A stretch of 33,011 nt of DNA from Stramenopiles sp. TOSAG23-2. Its lineage: Eukaryota. The stretch is taken from positions 62,001-95,011 of the forward strand of contig LT649234.1 of the NCBI GenBank assembly GCA_900128395.1. The letters are read 5' to 3'. A model generated the notes under the pieces. It saw nothing but the letters and a program-made list of their open reading frames with translations, searched no databases and was not told the DNA's origin. Numbering within the stretch: the stretch's first letter is position 1; every line of letters starts with the position of its first letter. This document shows, in pieces, positions 1 through 9,900 of this stretch. The position numbers were made by a program, and so were the translations under genes.

Positions 1-2370
1 AAATAGAACCGTCATCAATGGATCCGCTACTTTGATATTTGCATAATCAAATTCACCCATCAACATCACTAATAAAGAATTTGTAGTACCAATCAACGAA
101 TTGAATTCATCGACTTCAGGCCCAAATGAAAAATGAGCTATAATAACAAATGCATACCCAACAATAATTAAAATGAACAAAAACGATAAAAATACGGAAC
201 CGCTTGCATCAAGGGTTTGCCATACTTTCGAAATCGATAAATTCTTTTGTAAAATTTTAAATGAGCCCATTCCTGCTAAGACGGCATTCAAAACAGATAA
301 ATTAATTCCATGAGAAAAATATTCAGCTTGTCGTTCAATTTGTATATAATGTGGCAACGTAATATCAACTTGACGGGAAACAACTAAATCGTAAAATACC
401 TGCACTAACAATTGAGTAGTTAAACCTACGATTAATACAATATCGACAATATTCCACACGCAATTAAAATAAGCACTAAATCCATATAATGCAAGTTCAC
501 ATATCATATCGTATGCTATCTTAACTAAATAAGCAAAACACAGAATATCTGCCCATCTTAAGAACGTCATGTCGTCCGGACTTCTACTACCCGCTTCCCC
601 ATACAACGAAAGCCACACAACATCAATATCAATATTTTTTTTAATGTAGCCAGCAGGTGTAAATTCAAATAATATTTTCACGGCTGAAATGGAATAGTAA
701 TTTGTATTTAATAAATTAAAATTGATGTAAAGTGCCCTAGTATCATCATCAATCCACATCTGATCACGTAAGCGCCACAACTCTAACTTGGCCCTTTGGC
801 GCATGTGTGAAAGCTCAATTGCAAAGCCACTTCTATCAAAAAATGAACTGCCACTAAATACAGTGAACGAATTGAAATCACGACCTTGTTTGTATTGAAA
901 TCCTTCATACGCTTTTCCTGGACCATATGCTTGGTCACCACCTAATGATGCTACATACAACCGTTGTCGATCCATACTATATGGAACATAACAACCATGA
1001 CTATCTATACTGGGCACACCTTTCAATTGTTCCAACGTATCGGTACAACCGCCTGAAGCTCTATAGTTACCAGATCTATATTGACGTAAACGTACACCAC
1101 CAATCAATTTATTCGCACGCAATATAAATCGACTTTCCTCTGAAGACAATGCCTGGGATGTATAATGAAATTGAGGATAAATAGCATTTAAAAATGGACC
1201 TTCCAGCCATTGCCAAACTTGATCAATATCATGAATTTCATCAAATGTATAATGACGCTCACCATCAATTGAAAGTTTAAATGGCTCGGATGTCAATAAA
1301 TCATTCAAAGAATGAATGATATCGTTTGTAACAGGGACACGGCGTCTTTTTTGTACAGCAGAGACAAAAAAATACAGGAAAAAGCAATACAAAGTTAAAC
1401 GTATCCATATCGACATGTACTCCGCAATTTCTTTTTCCTCGTCACTACCAGAATCATTCAACGCACGGAAATTCCTTTCTGCAACAACTTTCGGCGTATG
1501 GAAAAAAGGTGATAATTTAGCACCAGATGAATTCCTCCATTCTTTAATTAAACTTTGTGCATTCACTTCCGAGGAATCCGAATCATCGCTATCGGAATCC
1601 GAATCTAGCCCATCAAAATCCATGCCAAAATTGGATTTTTTCTTCTTCCTGATGTCATTTGAACTGTTACCAATATTTTCCATTCCATCCTCGGGTCGTA
1701 TGCGTGAAATTAATATAATTTTAGGTGGTTCGTCATATTTCGATAATTCCTCCATAATACTAGCTTGTGGAGGCCACATTAAATTTAAATGATCCCGAAG
1801 TGTACCATCATCTGGTAGAATCTCCCAATATTTACATGCATCATTATTTAACTGTTCAAATGTATATTCCGGCGTCACGCGAAAGCTACAATATTCGCCT
1901 ATTCGTTGATAAAAAACACTAACATTAATTTGTGACTCCTCACCTTTACCTCCACCATGGTCAGCTAAGTCATCTTTACCTTTAACTTTTTGTTTTAAAC
2001 CTTCCATTTGTGCCATGAGTATAGCCATACTTTTTTCAACCATTTCTTCTGATGACATTTTCTCACCACTATCATGAACAAACATGCCAGGATTCGCTTC
2101 CCCAAAGCCATCTCCATCCTCACCAAAAAAACCTTCTTGTTTTATCTGTATTTGTTCTTTTAAATCTTCAATTTCGTCATCTTTCCGACGTATTTCGTCG
2201 TTTGCATGTTTTACACGTTCACTCAACCGTTCATAATTTTCAGTCCTTTCCCTATATTCTTCAGCTAACTGCGCAAGCTTAATTTCTAATTTTCGTACTC
2301 TATCACGTCGTTCTTGTATTGCACGTTTTTTCTTACGTATTTGATTGTCCTTTGCAGTAAGTGACGACAT
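1..2370 (-). CDS. PKD2: Polycystin-2 (PKD2/TRPP)-like cation channel, 3' end truncated by the window edge
   Basis: Hand translation of segments of the - strand from the ATG at 2370 (MSSLTAKDNQIRKKKRAIQERRDRVRKLEIKLAQLAEEY...) stays in one frame to position 1. It is probably absent from the ORF track because no stop falls inside the window. TOP-domain motifs NKLIGGVRLRQ, WQWLEGPFL and LRDQMWIDDDTRALYINF are present, as is the pore region FGPEVDEFNSLIGTTNSLLVMLMGEFDYANIK. Confidence 0.93.
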   Translation of the reverse strand, partial: MSSLTAKDNQIRKKKRAIQERRDRVRKLEIKLAQLAEEYRERTENYERLSERVKHANDEIRRKDDEIEDLKEQIQIKQEGFFGEDGDGFGEANPGMFVHDSGEKMSSEEMVEKSMAILMAQMEGLKQKVKGKDDLADHGGGKGEESQINVSVFYQRIGEYCSFRVTPEYTFEQLNNDACKYWEILPDDGTLRDHLNLMWPPQASIMEELSKYDEPPKIILISRIRPEDGMENIGNSSNDIRKKKKSNFGMDFDGLDSDSDSDDSDSSEVNAQSLIKEWRNSSGAKLSPFFHTPKVVAERNFRALNDSGSDEEKEIAEYMSIWIRLTLYCFFLYFFVSAVQKRRRVPVTNDIIHSLNDLLTSEPFKLSIDGERHYTFDEIHDIDQVWQWLEGPFLNAIYPQFHYTSQALSSEESRFILRANKLIGGVRLRQYRSGNYRASGGCTDTLEQLKGVPSIDSHGCYVPYSMDRQRLYVASLGGDQAYGPGKAYEGFQYKQGRDFNSFTVFSGSSFFDRSGFAIELSHMRQRAKLELWRLRDQMWIDDDTRALYINFNLLNTNYYSISAVKILFEFTPAGYIKKNIDIDVVWLSLYGEAGSRSPDDMTFLRWADILCFAYLVKIAYDMICELALYGFSAYFNCVWNIVDIVLIVGLTTQLLVQVFYDLVVSRQVDITLPHYIQIERQAEYFSHGINLSVLNAVLAGMGSFKILQKNLSISKVWQTLDASGSVFLSFLFILIIVGYAFVIIAHFSFGPEVDEFNSLIGTTNSLLVMLMGEFDYANIKVADPLMTVLF

Positions 2371-2448
2371 ATTTATATTTTATTTCTATACCTTTTTTCC
2401 GTCAAACTCTCTCTTTCTAAAAAAAAAAAAGCTGATTTAATGACACAA

Positions 2449-2470
2449 ATATATATATATATATATATAT
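2449..2470. repeat. (AT)11 microsatellite upstream of the PKD2-like gene
   Basis: Direct read of the sequence. Confidence 0.9.
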
Positions 2471-2740
2471 GCGTGTTACGTAAATTATAAAAATACAATG
2501 GACAACAACAAATTCCCCCCCCCAAAAAACCAGAGTTTAAATAAGAATAGATTTGGAATATATTCACGATATCTATGTCTCTATATATGTATCTATATAT
2601 CTCCACATCATGTATCAATGTATATTTACATACATTTACATTTAGTAAATATATATATAAATTAAAACACATTGTTATTAGTGTTAATTTTTGTTCAATT
2701 TTTTTTCGTGCTGCTTTTTTTGATAGTTTTAGTTTTAACT

Positions 2741-2872
2741 AAGACTTTCCTATCAATAATATCAAATGACAATAATTTATAGTTAAAGGGAAATTAGAAT
2801 ACTAAAATGAAATCGATTTTTACCAATCAAATGATAATAAATATAAGTTATACTCGGAGAGAAATTAGAATA
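2741..2872 (+). repeat. Two degenerate tandem copies of a ~45-bp dispersed repeat (TATCAAAYGAC...TTATASTTAAA-GGGRRATTAGAATA) preceded by AAGACTTTCC
   Basis: 2760-2801 matches 17082-17125 at 36/44 columns by hand alignment. A second copy is at 2825-2872. The AAGACTTTCC(CC)TATCAA leader is shared with 16978. Confidence 0.65.
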
Positions 2873-3468
2873 CCTATGACAATATCCAAAAACAAATTAT
2901 AATAAATAAAATACAATCTTCATTTTTCATTTTTCTTTCTCAATATTTCTAAAAAATACACTAAATACAAAACAAATTTCCGCAATAAATGTACAGATAT
3001 AATATTATACCTTTTATCTCTATGGTTTGAAACATTATTTAATAAACTGAAATCCACTATAATGTTGTTTGTATGCGACAGAACCGTAGAAGGTTAAAAG
3101 ACTAATATTCTATTTTTATATCAATATATCCGATGTATACAAATAATTTTAAGTATGTATAATAGAGGTTTATATGATATTTTTTTGTAATATAAAAACC
3201 GTTTAAAAAAAGAGTATTGGAAAATGCGGCCCTGTTTTGTGGTGGCCTAAATTGTTGATCTACTAACTGCACAACTATAAATAATTGAAGAAAAACAACA
3301 CAAACAACTAAAAAACAATCCGTAACAGTATAATAAGAATATTAAATGTAAGTGACGGATATATAATATACAGTAGAAATAGAATAAAAGTGACAAGATC
3401 CAAAAACAATATATCATACTCTATATTTGCATTGTTAATTATTTATTTAGTTATTTTATTAATTCAAG

Positions 3469-5040
3469 ATGTTGGGAAAAAAAAGAAAAAATGATGATGA
3501 TAATGATAATAATAATAATAATAATAATGAAGAAGAAGAAACTGGTGCAGATAATAATAATAATACTTCCTCTACATCGTTAAATAGCGCATCAAAGAAA
3601 ATAAAGACTGGGATGGCGTCTAATTCAAGTGGTGCTGCTCCAGTAAGTCCAAGTAGAACAAGGTGGAACTCAGCTATACGTAGCGTTCTGAAAAACACCA
3701 AAATAAAACGTTTTATAAAGAATGTCCTGGATGCGGTTGCGGAGTTCAAGGAGATGGCGGATGAAATGCATAAACTAAATGATATTGTATTAGCAGATAG
3801 GGTATTCGAATTACAGGAACGATATGATGAATTTACTGATAGTGAAACGACAGATTTTGTTGCTTTTCTTCAAGAACAATTTCCTTCATCAATAAGTCGA
3901 TCTAGTTCAGAAGAAAGTGAAGAAAATGATGATGGATACGACGAAGTCGAAATAGATATTGCTATGGTCCCCACCCAACGACTTCTAACTATGACGGATG
4001 TGGACGAATATTCGCAAGAAATATTTGGTTCAGAGGATGAAAGTGAGAAGAAAGATCCCGCAACAATATTACCGGGCAAGGAAAGAAACGAAAAAAAAAA
4101 GAAAGGGAAGAAGAAGAAAATGAGGAAGACGAAAGAAAAGAAGGAAGCAACACCACAATCACAAAAGAACAGGGAATTAAACCAGGCAGAAGTTGCAAAA
4201 GAAATTATAAGCAGCCAATGGTATTGTGGAGCATGTTGGAAGGAAGATAAAGTGGAAACATGTATTGATATAACTAGCAGTACCTTTAATGCTTGTCCAA
4301 CATGCGAACATAAACAACCCAGAAAAGATGAAAATAAGTGGATTTGTCCGTGGTGTAAAGAGGAAGTTGATTTGACTAATAAAAGAAAGGATTGCATGAA
4401 CAATTGGGATGGTACTACCAATATTAAATGTCGACATCTAAAGCCAAGAACACAATCGAAAAATATGACACCATTGTTTAAAATGTATTTCAATCGACAA
4501 ACTGGTATGTATTCTGTTAGTCGGCCAAAGCAAGAGAAGGAAGCGAAGAAGAAAACGGATAAGACACCGAAGGAGAAGAAAGTTAACAAAACGGATGCGA
4601 AGGGAAATTTCTATTGTTTACTTGGTTGTGGTGAGTCGTTTTCAAGTGTTAGTAATAGAAACAGTCATCAGACACTTCGTTGTGTTCTTGGTAAAAAAGA
4701 AAAGAAATATAAATGTGGATTTTGTACGAAAGCATATAAAAGAGAAACAGAATTAAGAACTCATCATCTTAAACACCATTTCAAGGGAGAAAGGACATTT
4801 TATTACTGCCCAGTTGCAACGTGTAAAAAATCCGCTCCAAGTGGCTTTATTAACTCTGAAGGATTTGAAACTACGAGCACTTTGCGAAAGCATATTAAAG
4901 CGAATCATCCTGAGATCCCTTTAGTCGATAAAAGGTATAGTAATAATAATAAGACAGAAAAAAAAAAAACCATATGCAAAAAATGCACAGATAATGATGC
5001 AGAGTTGGGTGGAAGTGATTATAATAACAATAATTTGTGA
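3469..5040 (+). CDS. Multi-zinc-finger nuclear protein (two W-x-C-x2-C RanBP2-like fingers, then C2HC/C2H2 fingers)
   Basis: 523-aa ORF with an N-terminal GKKRK NLS-like motif. Finger motifs: WYCGAC...CPTC, WICPWC, CLLGC...H...C, YKCGFCTKAYKRETELRTHHLKHH, YYCPVATC...LRKHIKANH. Confidence 0.85.
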   Translation: MLGKKRKNDDDNDNNNNNNNEEEETGADNNNNTSSTSLNSASKKIKTGMASNSSGAAPVSPSRTRWNSAIRSVLKNTKIKRFIKNVLDAVAEFKEMADEMHKLNDIVLADRVFELQERYDEFTDSETTDFVAFLQEQFPSSISRSSSEESEENDDGYDEVEIDIAMVPTQRLLTMTDVDEYSQEIFGSEDESEKKDPATILPGKERNEKKKKGKKKKMRKTKEKKEATPQSQKNRELNQAEVAKEIISSQWYCGACWKEDKVETCIDITSSTFNACPTCEHKQPRKDENKWICPWCKEEVDLTNKRKDCMNNWDGTTNIKCRHLKPRTQSKNMTPLFKMYFNRQTGMYSVSRPKQEKEAKKKTDKTPKEKKVNKTDAKGNFYCLLGCGESFSSVSNRNSHQTLRCVLGKKEKKYKCGFCTKAYKRETELRTHHLKHHFKGERTFYYCPVATCKKSAPSGFINSEGFETTSTLRKHIKANHPEIPLVDKRYSNNNKTEKKKTICKKCTDNDAELGGSDYNNNNL

Positions 5041-5054
5041 GAGAAGTTAGTGAA

Positions 5055-5088
5055 AGCCGGAAGAACAGCCGGAAGAAAGCCGGAAGAA
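5055..5088 (+). repeat. Three exact copies of AGCCGGAAGAA just after the zinc-finger stop codon
   Basis: Copies at 5055-5065, 5067-5077 and 5078-5088. Confidence 0.9.
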
Positions 5089-5260
5089 GAAAGAAGGGAA
5101 GAGAAAGAGTGAAAATCTCAATGACTTGTTGCAAGACAAACAAAATTTTGTTCGTGCAAAGTACGAACGTATTTTACAAGGGGTGTATGTATTATATTTT
5201 AAATACAGACTGTACTTTCTTTTTTAATTTTACGCCCTTGTGCACGTGGTGCTAGACACT

Positions 5261-5373
5261 AGATCTATCCCTGTACTCCGGTACTCTAAACCTGCCCAGC
5301 AGAGCAGGGCCTGCTGGGCCTGCCCAGCCTGCTGGGCCTGCCTTAAGTCTATTAAGTGGTATTTTGGTGCTAA
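5261..5373. promoter_or_regulatory. GC-rich island with 9-bp-periodic GCCTGC units; putative upstream regulatory element or small repeat
   Basis: GCCTGC at 5309, 5318, 5327 and 5336, with TGG/CCA/TGG spacers. 5317-5348 matches 26369-26400 at 26/32. Flanking blocks match 30103-30175. The function is inferred. Confidence 0.5.
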
Positions 5374-5810
5374 GTGAACTTTTAATTACACAGCACTGAA
5401 ATACCATATTTTGTGCAAAAAGCTATTGGCAGTTGACCGAAATTACAAAATTAATAGATTTCTGTCAATATAAATATCCGATATTAGCATTATCATAGCA
5501 CGAAGTCTTTTCCAGATATTGTTAGAAAGCGGGCAGTAATTAAAATTTGTTAATTTTCCGTTGCAAAAAAATAGTCTTAAATTATTATATGATTGTACAT
5601 GTGTCATATATATTAATGTAAATAGCACAATATATAAATCTAGAACAAAATGTAATTTTGAAATTGTGTAAAAAGTGTAGAATTGTCTAAGGAAAAGTTA
5701 AGACCGGGTGTATAAATTACAAATCTATATATTTATTGTAAGAAAAAAAAAATACGAACTCGCCGTATTGTTTTTTGTTTTTCTAATTATTATTTTAACA
5801 AAAAAAAAAC

Positions 5811-6623
5811 ATGTTTAATGTATTAGTTGTAATAGTTGTTCTTGTATTGGTGCAAGATACATGTGTATTTGTTACTGCTCAAACATATTGTAGCGTACGG
5901 ACAGGCGATTCATCGTCTGGATATTGGGATACTGCTTTTGGAAGTGAAAAATCCGATGCGATATGTAAAACATCCACATGTTTAAATGCTGCTGATTATA
6001 AAGCAGATATGCCATTCTGTGCTGAAGAAGTAACGTATGTCAAATTTTGTCCTAGGTCATTTGATGGCAAACAATTAAATACAACATCTGCTATCGGATT
6101 AATAATTAAAAGTTTAGATAATCATGCAAAAAAGTGCCATGAAGAAGCAACGTTCAAAGAAGTAGATTCAACAGGAGATTGTAAAAAGCCCGCAGCTGGA
6201 GATTGTATAGGATCGAAACCAATTAGACGCTCCCCGGAAAATGAAAAGACATGCCACAGTAATATTAAGCGAGGTGCATGTTATATTGCCTTTCCAAGAT
6301 GTGATGAAATCCAACACTCTCCAGTCGGTGTATGCACAAGTTTCTGTATGCATGAAAGACAAACTTGTAGAGGAGAAAATACGTTTACAGGCGATTCGGC
6401 ATCAATATCACGAGGTTGTAGCGAAGATCCGTGGGTTGCCAATGCAGGATATCCTACACATAAAGGATCTCCTGGAAAAGAGTTTGGTCCGTGGGCGGTA
6501 AATGAAGAAGATAGTACAAACATTTGCACTGGAGCTGGTATTGATAAAGGTGGTAATATAAGCATCATAGCAATTTTATTGTCAAGTTGGTTTATTGTTT
6601 TGACATTGGCACGGGTTTATTAA
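5811..6623 (+). CDS. Secreted, probably GPI- or membrane-anchored cysteine-rich protein with a Mid1/FAM155/Frizzled-CRD-like domain
   Basis: 270 aa with an N-terminal hydrophobic signal peptide. The cysteine pattern is CHSNIKRGACYIAFPRC...VCTSFCMHERQTC. The C-terminus is CTGAG followed by the hydrophobic tail ISIIAILLSSWFIVLTLA. Confidence 0.8.
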   Translation: MFNVLVVIVVLVLVQDTCVFVTAQTYCSVRTGDSSSGYWDTAFGSEKSDAICKTSTCLNAADYKADMPFCAEEVTYVKFCPRSFDGKQLNTTSAIGLIIKSLDNHAKKCHEEATFKEVDSTGDCKKPAAGDCIGSKPIRRSPENEKTCHSNIKRGACYIAFPRCDEIQHSPVGVCTSFCMHERQTCRGENTFTGDSASISRGCSEDPWVANAGYPTHKGSPGKEFGPWAVNEEDSTNICTGAGIDKGGNISIIAILLSSWFIVLTLARVY

Positions 6624-6959
6624 TAGTTTTTAAAAATTCGTACACATATATAATTTAATTAATTGTGTGTATATATATATAAAATATTGTATTAATTAAT
6701 GCATTAAAACTTTATATTTTTTTAATTTTACTGGGGAGATATTTTATATTTTACGAGTATTAAAAAAAGATTTAATATAAGCGTTAAATTAAATCAAAGC
6801 CCGAAAATAAAATTATACTGCGAATATTATAAGCCCAGGAGACAAAAAAAATACAACACAACATACAAAAAAAGAAGCGTGTTTTAAAAAAAGTTAATTT
6901 TTTAAACACGAGAACGTATTTTTTTAAATTTTTTACCCGTGTGTAATATATATGACTTT

Positions 6960-9900
6960 TTATTCCTTATTTTGAAAAATTTTATCCAACACATTTGATT
7001 CATCATATGAAGCTCTCTCACCACTCAACATCTTTGAACTCTTTTTAAATATTTCAATCCATTCTTTTGATAATTTTGGCGCTGGACCATAATCTTTTGG
7101 TAAAGTTAAATATTTAGACAAGGCAACAACTTTATATGCACGGCGTTTGCACACTGGGCATTGTTTTGGTTTCCAACCATTTTCACCACGTTTACCTTTA
7201 TACCCATAACTTTCAATACAGCCTTTGCAGACACATGTATGTTCACATGGTAAAAAAACATCACGTGCAGGTCTTTCATGGCATATAATACATGTAGGCA
7301 CTTCATCATAACCAGCAGCTGGCTTTCGATATGGCATTTGAGTAGTATATTCTTCCACCATTTTCATGTAATCTTTATTATATTTAATACCGTGCGAATG
7401 TTGTTGTTGCTGTTGTTCATGTTGTTGTTGTTCATGCTGTTGATGCTGTGTTTGGTCATCATATCCACCCTCATAATATCCCTCCTCTGAATATCCTCTC
7501 CACTGATTATCATCGCCATAATATCCATTCCAATAATCATACCAATTATCATATTCACCATTATTATTATAATAATCGTAATTCTCATCATACCCTTCAT
7601 TACCTCCGGAGGATGCTTCTTGTTGTTGTTGGTCTTGTTGGCCATTCTGAGTAATATACGCGGAATAGCCCGGTGGTTCCTCCCATTGTGTCTCTCCAGT
7701 CTCTACGTGATAATAATAATAATGACCACTTTCTGGATCTTGCGCATGAGACCATTTTGATAAATCGTATTCACGTTTGTAATTAATATTATGACTACCA
7801 TCTTGTTGCCCAGCATTATTTGTAGTTGTTTCTACATTGCTACTATTTTGTTGTTGCAAACCTTCTCGTTTATAACCTCCATATTCTTCCAAAAGTTTAC
7901 ATGCATCGATATGGCCATTGCATTCTGCTAAATATCCTGCAGAAAATCCCATTCTATTTTTAATACTTGGATCTGCTGCTGTTTGCAATAGTAATTTAAC
8001 GACATCAGAATGGCCATTACAAGCAGCACCATGTAATGGTGTATCACCACGAATATCTACAAAATCTAACATTGTCGATTGTTCATCAATCTCCAAAATA
8101 AGAGATACGACGGCTATACGTCCATGAGCACATGCTGTGAAAAGTGCTGTACGTTCGTTGTTATCTAAACAAAATAAATCCCCACCTCGTTCATACAAAA
8201 ATTGCATACATTGTACTGTTTTACATAAATGAGCAGGAGTATGACCTTTATTATTTTGAAGGTCTGGCATCGCGCCACTTTGAAGTATTATTTGAGCACA
8301 CTCGTGATGACCATTGCAACAAGATGCATGCAATGCTGAATCACCTCGCATGTCTTGATGATTCAGTGCTTCTGGCCTCATTCCATCAAGCAAAATAGCA
8401 ACACAATTAAAGTGGTTATTTGCAGCTGCACAAAAAAGAGGAGTTCTACCAGATTTATCCAACGCTTCCATATTTACCCCATTTGCAATAAGAGCTTCGA
8501 GGCATTCTGTATGCCCATATGCTGAAGCACAATGACTAGCAAGTTGAGATTCAGAATCTTGACAATATGAACATGGTATGGTATCATAACCTTCCAATGC
8601 ATAATTTTCCCCCGTATTATTATTTGCATCATCGTTATTATCATTACTAACACTTTCCTGTGTAGCTAAAGCTTTTTCTTCTTCATCCATTTCAGATACA
8701 TAAAATTGGATGAATTCTTCATAATTTACTTTCCCTAAACCTTTTTTATCCATCGATTGGATTAATTGTTGTGCTACTTCATCACTTGGTGGTTGTGGCA
8801 AACTCATCAATGCATTTCGAAAATCATCATTTTTTATAAAACCATCGCCTTCATAATCCAATGGTTTAAAAAATTGTCTTAAATAATCTATCATACTCAT
8901 AGGTTCTTGTTGTGGTTGTTCCTGTTGCGAATAATCATATTGATCATATGTTCCATCATGGTAATTGTCATATTCATTATTGTAATTTGCATCATGACCT
9001 TCGTAATATTGTTGTTGATGGTCATCTACAACTTTGGGCGGAGTGGATTCCTCTTTCTTCTCTGCATGTAATATTTTATAAAGTTTTTCTTTCTCGTCTA
9101 ATAATTTCTGCTTTTGCTTAGCAACTGCTTCTTCTGTTCGTAGCTTCTCTTCACGTAATCGCAATTCTTGATCTCTTTCTTCCATTCTATTAATTTGATC
9201 TTGCAATTTTTGAAACATCAATTGTTGCTGTTCTTGCAATTGACTTTGATGTGCTAATTTTTCTTTTTCGATTGTTAATGAATTTTGTTCCATTTTTGCC
9301 ATAAGTTCTTGTTCTTTCTTTTTGAATTCAGCTTCTCGTAGATCGAAAAATTGCGCTGCACGTTCAGCAGCCTCTTTGGTTGCATCGCCTATGATTTGTT
9401 TTTCTAACTCTTTTGCATCACTTTCACGCGTTTTTGCTTCGTTACTAATTCGCGCAGCTTCATCTTGTGCTTTTTTTATCATTTCTTCCTCCCATAGCTT
9501 CAATTGCTTCTCACGTTCTTCTAAACGTTTCATGGCAATATCAGCAGCAACTTTTGCTTCTTCTGCACGTTTCATGTGCTCTTCTTCCTCTTTTTTTCGT
9601 CGAATGTTATCTTCCTTTCGTAATTGCTTTAATTTCATTTTCTCCTCTTCAAATTGTTTTAACATTTCTAATTGCCCTGTATTTGCTAATTTTTCTTGCT
9701 CCTCCAATTCCGCACGTTTTTGTTCTAATTTAACATTTAATACGTCTTCCTTTTGTTTCAATTTCATTCTAGCTTGTTCTCTATATTTCAATATTTCATC
9801 CTGCACATGCTTTCTTCTTTGTGAATCTCTTGTTTCTAACTCTTTTATTTTTTGCGCCAATTCTTGCCTAGATTTCTCAGCTTGCTCTAACGCAAATTTT

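Noticed and set aside
927-2282. Plus-strand ORFs 927-1127, 1316-1792 and 2052-2282
   Set aside because: Antisense shadows of the PKD2-like CDS on the minus strand.
5037-5255. 72-aa ORF overlapping the zinc-finger stop codon
   Set aside because: Starts at GTG and is driven by a purine-rich repeat; no domain recognised.
5233-5263. Possible Helitron 3' end (GC patch followed by CTAG)
   Set aside because: Only a 4-bp stem, with no matching 5' TC terminus or Rep/helicase gene.
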